A DNA stretch of 64,000 bases, taken from Kiritimatiellia bacterium (lineage in GTDB: Bacteria; Verrucomicrobiota; Kiritimatiellia; JAAZAB01). The first letter of the stretch is position 1; every line of letters starts with the position of its first letter. The DNA is taken from positions 64,001-128,000 of the forward strand of contig JAXGPF010000006.1 in NCBI GenBank assembly GCA_040767085.1. The letters are read 5' to 3'. Shown here one piece after another: positions 46,094 through 56,337 of this stretch. The translations under genes were made by a program, and so were the position numbers. The notes beneath the pieces were generated by a model, which searched no databases, was not told where the DNA came from, and saw nothing but the letters and a program-made list of their open reading frames with translations.

Positions 46094-46378
46094 ATGTCCG
46101 CCGCGGACCAACATCTCCTGGAATTGCACATCGTGCCGCGGGCCAGCCGGACGGAAATCCAGGGCTGGCACGGCGGCGCGGTGAAAATCCGCCTGCAGGC
46201 TCCGCCCGTGGACGGCAAGGCCAACCGGGTGCTGCTGGAATTCCTGGGGCAGGCCTTAAATCTGCCGGCCGCCCGGCTGACGCTCGTCAGCGGCGCCGCC
46301 GGCCGGCGCAAGCGCGTGCGCGTGGCGGGACTGTCCGGGGCGGAAGTGCAGCGGCGGCTGGGGCTGCCGCCGCCATGA
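46094..46378 (+). CDS. yggU: DUF167/YggU family protein
   Basis: VPRAS, APPVDGKAN, LVSG..GRRK. Confidence 0.9.
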   Translation: MSAADQHLLELHIVPRASRTEIQGWHGGAVKIRLQAPPVDGKANRVLLEFLGQALNLPAARLTLVSGAAGRRKRVRVAGLSGAEVQRRLGLPPP

Positions 46379-46430
46379 TCCGCTCCAAACGCCCCGGGCC
46401 GCCCGCCGTTAATTTTGCGGGAGGAATGCC

Positions 46431-47921
46431 ATGCCTTTACCGGATAACATCCGTCAGAAACTGCGCGAACTGCCGGATAAGCCCGGCTGCTACCTGATGC
46501 GCGATGCGCGGGGCCAGATCGTTTACATCGGCAAGGCCGCCTCGCTGCGCAAGCGGGTGGTTTCCTATTTCCGGCCGGGCACACTGCGCCGCAGTCCTCC
46601 AAAACTGCGCAGCCTGATCCACAGCATCGCCGATTTCGAATGGATCGTGCAGGCTTCCGAGGAGGCGGCGGCCTTGACCGAAGGGCGGTTGATCAAGGAT
46701 TACCGCCCGCGTTACAACACGCTGTTCAAGGATGACAAGCGTTTTCCGCTGCTGCGGATTGACCTCCGGCAACCCTTCCCGTTTTTCCGCCTGTGCCGCA
46801 TCCAGCGCGACGACGGCGCGGAGTATTTCGGCCCTTATACCTCCAGCGCGGCCATGCGCGCGGCGCTGGAATTCCTGGAAAAACATTTTGGTTTGCGCCG
46901 CTGCACGGTGCCGGCGCCCGGCCCGCAGGATCATAAACATTGCCTGAACGATATCATCCGGTTCTGTTCAGCGCCCTGCCTGGGTAAAATCGGCCCAACC
47001 GAGTACCGGCAGCGCGTCGAGGAAGCCTGCGCCTTCCTCCGCGGCGAACGCCCGTCCTTGCTGCAGACCGTCCGGGATAACATGCAAGCGGCGGCGCGCG
47101 CCCAGGATTTCGAAAAAGCCGCTGCCTGGCGCGACACGCTCGAATTGCTCTACACCGCCATCCGCCGCCGGCGCCGCCTGGCCACCACGGTCAAACCTCC
47201 GGCGGATGCCGGCGCCGCCGGCCTGGAGGCTTTGCGCGCCGCCCTGGGGCTGGAGCACCTGCCGCGGCTGATGGAAGCCTACGATATTTCCAACATCTCC
47301 GGCACCCATGCCGTCGGCAGCCTGGTCGCCGCCGTGGATGGCAAGCCGGCGCCGGCGCGCTACCGCCGGTTCCGCATCAAGACAGTCATGGCCGCCAACG
47401 ATGTCGCCATGCTCGGCGAAGTCATCCGCCGGCGCTTCGCGCGGCTGCTTCAGGAAAACGGCATCCGGCCGGATTTGCTGCTGATTGACGGCGGCCTGCC
47501 GCAGTTGCGCGCCGCCCGCGCGGAACTGGTTCGGCTGGGCCTGGCGGAGTTGCCCGCCATCGGCCTGGCCAAGCAATACGAGGAAATCTACACCGAAGCC
47601 GCCGCCGGCGTGAAGGTTTTCACCCTGCCGGCCGATTCGCCGGCGCTCCTGCTGCTCCGCCGGCTGCGCGACGAAGCGCACCGGTTCGCCCTGACCTACC
47701 ACCGGCGGCTGCGTGCGCAACGCATCCGGGAATCGCAACTGGACGATATTCCCGGCATCGGCCCGCGGCGCAAGCAGTTACTGATCAAAACCTTCGGGTC
47801 ATTCGCGCGCCTGGCACGGGCCGCGCCGGAAGAGATCGCCGCCGTGCCCGGCGTCGGCCCGGAACTGGCCCGGCAGATTTGCCGGCATTTGACCCATCAA
47901 AAAAAGGAAAACAACGAATGA
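46431..47921 (+). CDS. uvrC: Excinuclease ABC subunit C
   Basis: PGCY..IVYIGKA GIY-YIG, PRYN, YDISN, IDGG, RDEAHRFA, HhH motifs. Confidence 0.96.
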   Translation: MPLPDNIRQKLRELPDKPGCYLMRDARGQIVYIGKAASLRKRVVSYFRPGTLRRSPPKLRSLIHSIADFEWIVQASEEAAALTEGRLIKDYRPRYNTLFKDDKRFPLLRIDLRQPFPFFRLCRIQRDDGAEYFGPYTSSAAMRAALEFLEKHFGLRRCTVPAPGPQDHKHCLNDIIRFCSAPCLGKIGPTEYRQRVEEACAFLRGERPSLLQTVRDNMQAAARAQDFEKAAAWRDTLELLYTAIRRRRRLATTVKPPADAGAAGLEALRAALGLEHLPRLMEAYDISNISGTHAVGSLVAAVDGKPAPARYRRFRIKTVMAANDVAMLGEVIRRRFARLLQENGIRPDLLLIDGGLPQLRAARAELVRLGLAELPAIGLAKQYEEIYTEAAAGVKVFTLPADSPALLLLRRLRDEAHRFALTYHRRLRAQRIRESQLDDIPGIGPRRKQLLIKTFGSFARLARAAPEEIAAVPGVGPELARQICRHLTHQKKENNE

Positions 47922-49360
47922 AATCCCAGCGTTCCAAACCACCCGCCCGACGGCGCGCCAAAATCGTCTGCACCATCGGTCCGGCCAGCCGGTCGCCAGC
48001 CGCCATCGCCAGCCTGATCCGCGCGGGCATGAATGTCGCCCGGCTGAACTTCTCGCACGGCACGTACGACGAACATGCCGCCACGATCAAAAACATCCGC
48101 GCCGCGAGCGCCCGGCTCGGGATCCAGGTCGCAATCTTGCAGGACCTTTCCGGGCCGAAGATGCGCATCGGCCGGCTGAACGCCGGCCGGGTTGACTTGA
48201 AACCGGGACAGCGCTTCACGCTGACTTTGCGGGACGCGCCCGGGGATCAGTCGGCCGTCTCCGTCAACTTCCCCGGCCTGGTGAAAGCCGCCGCCGTCAG
48301 GCAGCGCATCCTGCTCGGCGACGGGATCATCGAATTGCAGGTCGCCGGCAAAACAGCCGACACGCTGGTCTGCAAGGTCATTGCCGGCGGATCGCTCGCA
48401 TCGAACCAGGGGATTAATGCGCCGGGCATCGTGCTGCCGGAAGGCGTGCCCACGGCCAAGGACCGCGCCGATCTGGCGTTTGGCTTGAGTCACGGGGTGG
48501 ACTGGGTGGCCCAGTCATTCGTCAGCGCGGCCGGCGAGTTGCGGACTTTGCGCCGAGAAATCCGGGCAGCCGGCCGCGACGTGCCGATCATCGCCAAGAT
48601 CGAGCGGCGCGACGCCCTGCGCAATCTCGACGCCATCGTGGCCGAAGCCGACGCCGTGATGGTCGCCCGCGGAGACCTGGGATTGGAGATCGGACTGCAG
48701 GAGGTGCCCTTCGCCCAGAAGCATATCATCCGGCAGGCCGGCCGGGCCGGCAAGCCCGAGATCACCGCCACCCAGATGCTTGAATCCATGATCGCCAATC
48801 CGCGCCCCACCCGCGCCGAAGTCAACGACATCGCCAATGCCATATTGGACGGCAGCGACGCCCTCATGCTGTCCGGAGAAACCGCCGTGGGCGCTCATCC
48901 CGCCGCTGCCTGCCGTGCCATGGCGGCGATCGCCGCGGCCGCGGAAGCGCATATTGATTATACTGCCAGCCTGCGCGGCTGGGAAAGCGACGGCCAGGCC
49001 GGCAGCGGCGCGGCCATCGCCTATGCCGCCTGCTGGACGGCCGTCGAAATCCAGGCCAAGGCCATCATCTGCTGCACGCGTTCTGGTCTGACCGCCCGGC
49101 TGATCGCCCGTCATCGCCCGGAGGCCCCGCTCGTCGTCGCCAGCCCCTTTGACGATACGCTCCGGCGTGCGATGCTTTACTGGGGCGCCTGCCCCGTCCG
49201 CGTGGAGTTGGCCGACAGCACCGACCGGATGATCACGCTCGCGCGCGAGGCCGTGTTACAGGCCGGCCTGGCCAAGCCCGGCGACAAGGCCGTGATCGTC
49301 GCCGGCATTCCTGTGGATCATCCCGGCCAGACCAACATGATCAAGGCCGATACCCTTTAA
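47918..49360 (+). CDS. pyk: Pyruvate kinase
   Basis: IVCTIGPAS, RLNFSHG, IAKIE, MVARGDLG, ATQMLESM, PTRAEVND, LSGETA. Confidence 0.97.
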   Translation: MKSQRSKPPARRRAKIVCTIGPASRSPAAIASLIRAGMNVARLNFSHGTYDEHAATIKNIRAASARLGIQVAILQDLSGPKMRIGRLNAGRVDLKPGQRFTLTLRDAPGDQSAVSVNFPGLVKAAAVRQRILLGDGIIELQVAGKTADTLVCKVIAGGSLASNQGINAPGIVLPEGVPTAKDRADLAFGLSHGVDWVAQSFVSAAGELRTLRREIRAAGRDVPIIAKIERRDALRNLDAIVAEADAVMVARGDLGLEIGLQEVPFAQKHIIRQAGRAGKPEITATQMLESMIANPRPTRAEVNDIANAILDGSDALMLSGETAVGAHPAAACRAMAAIAAAAEAHIDYTASLRGWESDGQAGSGAAIAYAACWTAVEIQAKAIICCTRSGLTARLIARHRPEAPLVVASPFDDTLRRAMLYWGACPVRVELADSTDRMITLAREAVLQAGLAKPGDKAVIVAGIPVDHPGQTNMIKADTL

Positions 49361-49414
49361 CCTGAATCCGGCACAATCAAAACCAATCAATCGTATGGAA
49401 AAAAACAAAACTGG

Positions 49415-49555
49415 GTAGGGCGAACTCTCCGAGTGAGCCGCCCCTACGGCGCCGCCGGATCATGCCATGGGCCTGACAAGGGAGTTTATCCCGCTTCCTG
49501 GCGGGATCGCCCTGCCGAATTAACCGGACGGCGCGCAAGGGACTGCGCGCCCTAC
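49415..49555. repeat. REP composite between convergent pyk and msr
   Basis: GTAGGGCG...CCCTAC units; shares a block with 15255-15312. Confidence 0.7.
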
Positions 49556-49626
49556 CGTCTGTTTGCCAAAGGTGAACTGTTTTTTTCTAGGTGGCCAAAT
49601 TTTTTTAGCCTTCCCGCGCAGGGGCA

Positions 49627-50667
49627 TTACTCGATATCCGTCAAATCCACATGGCAGTACCCGCCGGGATTTTTGCCCAGATAATCCTGGTGGTATTCCT
49701 CGGCCGGAAAGAACTCGGCGGCCGGCACGATGGCTGTGGTGATTTTTCCCCGGTATTTGCCGGATTTTTCCAGCGCCGCCCTGGACTGTTCCGCCGCCGA
49801 CTGCTGCGCGGGCGTATAATAGAAAATCACCGACCGGTACTGCGTGCCAGTGTCGTTGCCCTGGCGGTTGCCCTGGGTCGGGTCATGGATTTTCCAGAAA
49901 TGGCGCAGCAAACGATCATAGCCGATGCGGGCCGGGTCATATACAATTTCCACCGCTTCGGCATGCCCTGTGCCGCCGGCGCAAACTTCCGCGTACGAAG
50001 GATTTTTGGCATCGCCCCCGGTGTAGCCCGCCCGCGTTCGCAGCACGCCCGGCACGCGCTTGAAATACGCCTCCACGCCCCAGAAGCAGCCGGCCGCAAA
50101 ACAGGCGCGCTCCGCCGGCGGCGCGCCGGGCGCGGCCAGTTCCGGAAACAGCCGCAGATACTCGCCATAACCCCGCGCGGCCAATTCGGCCGCGGGAATG
50201 AATTCCAGCGCGGCGGAATTGATGCAATAGCGTTTGCCATCCGGACCCGGCCCATCGTCGAACACATGGCCCAGGTGGGTATCGGCGGCGGCGCTGCGCA
50301 CCTCAATCCGCTCCCTGCCCAGGGTATGATCCGGCCGCGTGGCGATATTGGCGGAATCCAAAGGCTTGGTAAAACTCGGCCAGCCGCAACCGGCGTCGTA
50401 CTTGTCGGCGGAACTGAAAAGCGGCCGGCCGGAAACCACGTCCACATAGAGGCCCGGCTGTGTGTTGTCCCAATAGGCGTTCTGGAAGGGCGGCTCGGTG
50501 CCATTCTCGCAGACCACCCTGAACTGTTCGGCCGTAAGCTTCTTTTGCAAGGCCGCCCGGTTAGACGGCGCGGCTGATGCGTGTTTTTCCGAGGTGTTTT
50601 TCATGGTCAACCTTCTTTCGCAACCGCATGTTACGGCCAGCAATACCACGCCGGCCAACCAAACCAT
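49627..50667 (-). CDS. msrAB: Bifunctional methionine sulfoxide reductase, MsrB-MsrA fusion
   Basis: GTEPPF, GCGWPSF, HLGHVF, RYCINS (MsrB); AGCFWG, GTQYRS, AEEYHQ (MsrA). Start uncertain (50667 or 50604). Confidence 0.93.
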   Translation of the reverse strand: MVWLAGVVLLAVTCGCERRLTMKNTSEKHASAAPSNRAALQKKLTAEQFRVVCENGTEPPFQNAYWDNTQPGLYVDVVSGRPLFSSADKYDAGCGWPSFTKPLDSANIATRPDHTLGRERIEVRSAAADTHLGHVFDDGPGPDGKRYCINSAALEFIPAAELAARGYGEYLRLFPELAAPGAPPAERACFAAGCFWGVEAYFKRVPGVLRTRAGYTGGDAKNPSYAEVCAGGTGHAEAVEIVYDPARIGYDRLLRHFWKIHDPTQGNRQGNDTGTQYRSVIFYYTPAQQSAAEQSRAALEKSGKYRGKITTAIVPAAEFFPAEEYHQDYLGKNPGGYCHVDLTDIE

Positions 50668-50688
50668 CTTCCCTGAAAGGCAACGTAC

Positions 50689-50792
50689 GGAAAAATGATT
50701 TAGCGCATTTTTGCGCGGTTTATTGGACGAAACCGTCCGGAAACGGGACGGGGGCCTCCCGGCTTCATCAAAAATGCGCCAAATCATTTTCC
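50689..50792. mobile_element. MITE-like element with ~24-bp terminal inverted repeats
   Basis: GGAAAAATGATTTAGCGCATTTTTG ... CAAAAATGCGCCAAATCATTTTCC; homologous inverted copy at 58516-58642. Confidence 0.7.
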
Positions 50793-50823
50793 ACCCTCCT
50801 CAGAAAATCCGCAGGCAGGGTGG

Positions 50824-51124
50824 TCCGGCTTCGCCGGGCACAGCCTTGGCAAAGCCTGGGTCCCTTGGCCGCCGTTTTTCGACCATGGCCGCCGTTTCCG
50901 GACGGCGCGCAAGGGACTGCGCGCCCTACCATTTCATAATTATTTGCCATGGGTAGGGCGCGCTCTCCGAGCGCGCCGTTCCACATTCCATCGGCAACAA
51001 TTATAATGATCCTTCTTTGCGTTCCTTGCGATCTTTGCGGTGAATTTTTCCTGGCCTGTCGCCCCCGTAAGCCAGGGCCGCATCATTCTCGGAAAATACG
51101 GCTCGGTCGGAGACCTCGCCCTAC
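50824..51124. repeat. REP cluster
   Basis: Three GTAGGGCG/CGCCCTAC units; agccttggcaaagcctgggtcccttggccgcc is identical to 10926-10957. Confidence 0.75.
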
Positions 51125-51259
51125 CCCCGGAACTCTATCGAGCAAATAAAAGGGCGCGGCACACGCCGTTCCGTCTCACCCAACGCCCGCCCGCGACGCA
51201 AGGGCGCGCTTACCGGCGCGCGCTTCGTTCAACCCCGCAGCACACGAAAGTTCCCCTGA

Positions 51260-52768
51260 TCAACGCGGACGGCTGGTTGGCCGGCCGCGTCCACCGGGGC
51301 GCGGGCCGCCGGAACGCGGGCGGCCGCCGGGCCGGAACCCGCCGGGCCGCCGCAGAGGCGGCCGGCGCGGGATTTCATCGGCCACCGCCGCCAGCCCGGC
51401 CGGGCGCGGCGGCAACTGCAGCCACTCCGCCGGCGGCTGCTCGTAAGGCAGGCTGCGGCCGATGAATTTTTCGATTTCCATCATGTTGAACGCGCCCGCC
51501 TCGCAGGCGAAGGCCATGGCCACGCCGGAAGCGCCGGCGCGGCCGGTGCGGCCGATGCGATGGACATAATCTTCCGCCTCTTCCGGCAGATCGTAATTGA
51601 CGACATGGCTGATGGCATCCACGTGGATGCCGCGCCCGGCCACATCGGTGGCCACGAGCACCTTGACCTGGCCGGCGCGGAATTTTTCCAGGATTTTCAG
51701 GCGCTGCGTTTGCGGCACATCGCCGGAAAGCTGATCGCAACTCACCCCGTAGGAGCGCAATTGCCGCGTCAATTGATCCACCGTGTCGCGCCGGTTGCGA
51801 AAGACCAGCACGCGTGTGACCTCCGGCTGCCGCAAGATATGCAGCATCAGCGCCAGCTTGCTGCGGGCGGGCACGGAAAAGATGCGTTGCTGAATCGAGT
51901 CCAGGGTAACTTTTTCCGGCTCGATCTCCACCTTGACCGGATCGTTCATCCAGCGTTCGGCCAGGCGCATCACCTCGGGGCTGAGCGTAGCGCTGAACAG
52001 CATGGTTTGCCGGCGGTTTTTGGGCGGCAGGCTGTAAACGATCTTGCGCACATCGGGAATAAAACCCATGTCCAGCATGCGGTCGGCCTCGTCAATCACC
52101 AGGATTTCCACCTGGCGCAAATCCAGCACGTGCGAATCGCGGAAATCCAGCAGCCGGCCGGGCGTGGCCGCCACGATATCGCACGGGGAACGCAGTTGCT
52201 GCTGCTGCTTGCCGTAATCCATGCCGCCGTAAACCGCCAGGGCGGTGCAGCCGCAATGCCGGCCCAGCGCCTCGGCGTCATGATGAATCTGGATCACCAA
52301 CTCGCGCGTGGGGGCCAGGACCAGCATGCGCGGCGTGCCGGGTTTGCGGGCGCCCGGCAACGGGTTCGCCAGAAACCGCGCGAACGCCGTAATCAAAAAG
52401 GCCGCCGTCTTGCCGGTGCCGGTCTGCGCCTTGCCGGCCACATCCTTGCCCTGCAACGCCGGAGGCAGGCACAGGGCCTGCACCGGCGTGCAATATTGAA
52501 ATTTCAAATCCGCCACCGCGTGCATGATTTCCGCCGGCAGGTGCAGATCGTGGAAACGAGCCTTGCCTTCCGCCGGCTCCACCTGGAATTGATTCAAGTT
52601 CCAGGCCGGCGCCGGTATGGGACGCGCGGGGGGGGGCGTGGAACGCGGACGCCGTTCCACCCGCGATTCAGCGCGCCGCGGTGGCGCGACGGGCGGTGTT
52701 TTCACCGCCGGCGCGGCTGCCGCGCGCCGCCCGATCTTGATCAACTTACCGCCTATTTTTTTCAGCAA
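51260..52768 (-). CDS. rhlB: DEAD-box RNA helicase (RhlB-like)
   Basis: AQTGTGKT, PTREL, TPGR, DEAD, SAT, ATDVAGRG, HRIGRTGR; N-terminal FQVEPAEGKARFHD. Confidence 0.85.
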   Translation of the reverse strand: MLKKIGGKLIKIGRRAAAAPAVKTPPVAPPRRAESRVERRPRSTPPPARPIPAPAWNLNQFQVEPAEGKARFHDLHLPAEIMHAVADLKFQYCTPVQALCLPPALQGKDVAGKAQTGTGKTAAFLITAFARFLANPLPGARKPGTPRMLVLAPTRELVIQIHHDAEALGRHCGCTALAVYGGMDYGKQQQQLRSPCDIVAATPGRLLDFRDSHVLDLRQVEILVIDEADRMLDMGFIPDVRKIVYSLPPKNRRQTMLFSATLSPEVMRLAERWMNDPVKVEIEPEKVTLDSIQQRIFSVPARSKLALMLHILRQPEVTRVLVFRNRRDTVDQLTRQLRSYGVSCDQLSGDVPQTQRLKILEKFRAGQVKVLVATDVAGRGIHVDAISHVVNYDLPEEAEDYVHRIGRTGRAGASGVAMAFACEAGAFNMMEIEKFIGRSLPYEQPPAEWLQLPPRPAGLAAVADEIPRRPPLRRPGGFRPGGRPRSGGPRPGGRGRPTSRPR

Positions 52769-52827
52769 CCTTTTGATGTTATGTCTCCTCTAATGATTGT
52801 GCCGTGTCCGTTGTTCCGGCATACCAG

Positions 52828-52875
52828 CCTTAACACCCTGACCCCTTAAAACTTCCAGAAACGCGAGCTTTGGAG
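52828..52875 (+). repeat. Degenerate right end of the 8-mer-array element
   Basis: ccttaacaccctgaccccttaaaacttccagaaacgcgagctttgg resembles the ends at 33140-33180 and 24186. Confidence 0.55.
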
Positions 52876-53221
52876 TGTTGGAATACATGAAATTTAGCAT
52901 GAATCCGCGGGAAATCAACTGGAATCCGCCATGACTGCCAAGCTTGGGCAGGGCTAATCTGCGTCAACCTGCATGATCTGAGTATCCGCTTGCTTCCGCG
53001 CCCGGGCATCACGGCGCGCAAGGGACTGCGCGCCCGGCCGGTGTTGATGATTCTTCCCTCCGTGCCCGGTCAAGTTTAATCCGCGTCAATCTGCGGATTC
53101 TGCGGATTCGCCTACTTCCGTGTGCCAGCAAACCGCTGTTGCGCACCGGGCATGAAATATGTATGCTGTTTCGATTGCGGCGCGTCCGCGCGGATGCGCC
53201 GCCGCCCGGATAATAATCATC

Positions 53222-54589
53222 ATGCACGATTCCGATACCATTGCCGCCATTGCCACGGCGCCGGGCGCCGCGGGCATTGCCATTGTCCGCCTTTCCGGGC
53301 CGGCTGCCCCGGCGATTGCCGCCCGAATCTTCACCTGCGGCGGTACGCCGCCGGATTTCCAGGCCCGGCGCTTATTGCGGCATGGTTTCATCCGTTCGCC
53401 GGAAGGCATAGCGGACGAAGTGCTGTTGCTGATGATGCGCGCGCCCCGCAGTTACACCGGGGAAGACGTGGTGGAACTGCAAGGCCATGGCGGCAGCGTG
53501 CCCGCCCGGCGCGTGCTGGAACAAGTTTTGCGCGCGGGCGCGCGGCCGGCGGAGCCTGGGGAATTCACCCGCCGGGCCTTTTTGAATGGCCGGCTGGACC
53601 TGGTGCAGGCGGAAGCGGTGCTGGACCTGATCCATGCGCAATCCGAACGGGCCGCCGCCGCCGCGCTGGAGCAATTAACGGGCAAACTCAGCGCGCCCCT
53701 GGAAGATGCCCGGCGGAGCCTGCTGGAAGCCGCCGCCGAACTTGAAGCCACGCTGGATTTCACGGAGGATGAAACGCCGGCCGAGGTTTTCCCGGCGGTC
53801 CGGCGGCGCCTGGCGGCGGCGGCGGAAACGCTGGACGGGCTGCTGGCCACCTGGGAGGAAGGACAACTGCTGCGGGAGGGCATGCGGGCGGTGATTTCCG
53901 GCCGGCCGAATGTCGGCAAGTCCACCTTGCTGAACGCCCTGCTGGGACGCGACCGCGCCATCGTCTCGGACACGCCCGGCACCACGCGCGACCTGATTGA
54001 GGAAACCTGGCTGCTGGACGACTACCCGGTGCGGCTGGCGGACACGGCCGGCTTGCGCGCCGCCGGTTGCCAGGTGGAACAGGAAGGCGTCCGGCGCGCC
54101 CGGCGCCTGATGCGCGTGGCAGACATGCATCTTTATGTCATTGACGCCTCCCAGCCGCCTCACCCGGACGATGCGGCCAACCTGGCGGAAATCCCGCCCG
54201 ACCGCTGTCTGCTCCTGCTCAACAAGAGCGATTTGCCCGCGCGTATTGTTCCCGGCGATTTCCCGGGGCGGACCGCCATCCCCACGGCGCTGATCCGCGG
54301 CGAAGGCGTGGCACGTCTCAAGGCTGCCATGCGGGACCGTTTACACCGGGCCACGGCCGCGCCGCCGCCGCATGCCGCGATTTCCGCGCGCCATCGAACC
54401 ATCCTGGAAGCTGCCCGGGCCGATACGCGGCAGGCGCTGGCGATCCTGGCCGGACAGCGGGAGGATTTGCTGGCGCCGGCATCGGCGGCCATCCGCGCCG
54501 CGGCGGAACAAATCGGGCAAATGCTGGGAAAAACCTATTACCCGGAACTGCTGGATGCCATCTTCAGCCGGTTCTGCATCGGTAAATGA
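53222..54589 (+). CDS. mnmE: tRNA modification GTPase
   Basis: DTIAAIAT, SYTGED, GEFTRRAFLNG, GRPNVGKS, GTTRD, DTAG, NKSD, FCIGK. Confidence 0.97.
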   Translation: MHDSDTIAAIATAPGAAGIAIVRLSGPAAPAIAARIFTCGGTPPDFQARRLLRHGFIRSPEGIADEVLLLMMRAPRSYTGEDVVELQGHGGSVPARRVLEQVLRAGARPAEPGEFTRRAFLNGRLDLVQAEAVLDLIHAQSERAAAAALEQLTGKLSAPLEDARRSLLEAAAELEATLDFTEDETPAEVFPAVRRRLAAAAETLDGLLATWEEGQLLREGMRAVISGRPNVGKSTLLNALLGRDRAIVSDTPGTTRDLIEETWLLDDYPVRLADTAGLRAAGCQVEQEGVRRARRLMRVADMHLYVIDASQPPHPDDAANLAEIPPDRCLLLLNKSDLPARIVPGDFPGRTAIPTALIRGEGVARLKAAMRDRLHRATAAPPPHAAISARHRTILEAARADTRQALAILAGQREDLLAPASAAIRAAAEQIGQMLGKTYYPELLDAIFSRFCIGK

Positions 54590-54599
54590 CGGGAATGCC

Positions 54600-55649
54600 A
54601 TGAAAACCGCGGAATTCACATACGCCCTCCCGCCGGAATTGATCGCCCAATCCCCGCTGCCCGAACGCGCCCAGTCGCGCATGATGGTCGTAGACCGGCG
54701 CGGCGGCGCCATCCGGCATGCCCGGGTGGCCGACTTGCCGGGCATCCTGCGCCCCGGAGACCTGCTGGTGCTGAATGACACCCGGGTCATCCCGGCGCGG
54801 CTGTTCGGGCGCAAGTCCGATACCGGCGGACGCGTGGAAGTTTTGCTGGTCGAAGAAACCGCCCCGGATGAATGGGACGTGCTTTGGCGCGCGTCCCGGC
54901 CGCCGCGGCCCGGCAGCGGGTTGGAACTGGCCGGCGGCTGCATCCGGGCCGAAGTGCTGGAACCGCCCCGGCATGGCCTCCTGCGCGTACGCCTGCATTA
55001 CCAGGGAAATTTTATGGAATTGCTGGAAGCGCACGGCCAGCCGCCGCTGCCGCCTTACATCAAAAGGCCGGCTGGCGGGAACGCGCCGGAACAAACCGCC
55101 GAAGACCGCCGGCGTTACCAGACCGTCTTTGCCCGCCAGCCGGGCGCCGTGGCCGCGCCGACCGCCGGCCTGCATTTCACCGACAGCCTGCTGGCAGACC
55201 TGGCGGCGCGCGGCATCCGCAACGTGAAAATCACCCTGCATGTCGGTCCGGGAACATTCCGCCCGGTAACGTGCGCCAGCATCGCCGACCACCGCATGGA
55301 TGCCGAACGGTTCATCGTGCCGGCGGAAACCGCCGATGCCTTCAACGCCGCCCGGCATGCCGGCGGACGCGTGGTGGCGGTCGGCAGCACGGTGGTCCGG
55401 ACGCTGGAAACGGCGGCCGGCCCCGACGGCCTGGCGGCGGGCGCGGGACGCAGTTCGCTGTTCATCCATCCGCCCTACCGGTTCCGGGCGGTGGACGCGA
55501 TGCTGACCAATTTCCACCTGCCCGCCTCCACGCTGCTGATGATGGTCAGCGCCCTGGCCGGCCTGGAACTGACCCGGCAGGCCTATGCCCTGGCGGTGCG
55601 GGAACGCTACCGCTTTTACAGCTATGGCGATTGCATGCTGATTTTATAG
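54600..55649 (+). CDS. queA: S-adenosylmethionine:tRNA ribosyltransferase-isomerase
   Basis: LIAQ, NDTRVIPARL, PLPPYI, YQTV, AAPTAGLHF, TLHVG, TNFHLP, FYSYGD. Confidence 0.97.
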   Translation: MKTAEFTYALPPELIAQSPLPERAQSRMMVVDRRGGAIRHARVADLPGILRPGDLLVLNDTRVIPARLFGRKSDTGGRVEVLLVEETAPDEWDVLWRASRPPRPGSGLELAGGCIRAEVLEPPRHGLLRVRLHYQGNFMELLEAHGQPPLPPYIKRPAGGNAPEQTAEDRRRYQTVFARQPGAVAAPTAGLHFTDSLLADLAARGIRNVKITLHVGPGTFRPVTCASIADHRMDAERFIVPAETADAFNAARHAGGRVVAVGSTVVRTLETAAGPDGLAAGAGRSSLFIHPPYRFRAVDAMLTNFHLPASTLLMMVSALAGLELTRQAYALAVRERYRFYSYGDCMLIL

Positions 55650-55676
55650 GCCGGCGCGCCGGCCATGCGGGCGGCG

Positions 55677-56231
55677 TCAGTTGGTGATCTTCTTCAATTC
55701 GTCCCGCAGCCGCGCGGCTTCCTCGTAATGCTCCGCTTCCACCGCCTGGGCAATGCGCCGCTTGAGATCTTCGATTTTCGCCGCGCCGGTCAGCGGCGCG
55801 GCGCGTTCGAGCGAGAGGTGGCCGTTGCCGGCGGTGTCGCGCACAATCACACCGGCGGCCTCCATGACTTCCGGCGCCACCAGCACGGGTGCGCCGCAGC
55901 GCAGCGCCAGGGCGATCGCATCGCTGGGCCGGGCGTCCATCGTGGATTCCAGGCCATTGGCTTCCAGAATCAGCCTGGCATAGAATGTGTTGTCGGCCAG
56001 GTCGCAGATTTCCACCCGCTTCATCCGGCATTCCAGGTGGTCCAGGACCTGCTTGAACAGATCATGCGTCAACGGACGGGGCGGCCGCACCCCCTCCAGC
56101 ACCAGGGCAATCGCCTGCGCCTCGGGCGGTCCGATAAAGACCGGCAGCGTACGCTGGTCCTGCTGGCTGCGCAGGAACACCACGAAGCCCATGTTGGAAA
56201 GCGAAACCTGCGCCACTTTAACCGGAATCAT
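55677..56231 (-). CDS. Bifunctional nuclease family (DUF151) protein with C-terminal UVR domain
   Basis: LPVFIG..EA, RPLTHDL, TFYA, DARPSDAIALA; AVEAEHYEEAARLRDE. Confidence 0.92.
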   Translation of the reverse strand: MIPVKVAQVSLSNMGFVVFLRSQQDQRTLPVFIGPPEAQAIALVLEGVRPPRPLTHDLFKQVLDHLECRMKRVEICDLADNTFYARLILEANGLESTMDARPSDAIALALRCGAPVLVAPEVMEAAGVIVRDTAGNGHLSLERAAPLTGAAKIEDLKRRIAQAVEAEHYEEAARLRDELKKITN

Positions 56232-56337
56232 ATCAGCACCTCTTTTGACCTAAACTTGCCAACTGCCGGACTTATGCTGAATACCGGTATTTTAGGCGAA
56301 ATGCCTCCCGCCGTCAAGCACTAGCGGAAAACCCCAA

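Noticed and set aside
51130-51259. Possible structured ncRNA downstream of the DEAD-box gene
   Set aside because: The GC-rich stems end in a T-run on the minus strand, consistent with a 3' UTR or terminator; no RNA family was recognised.
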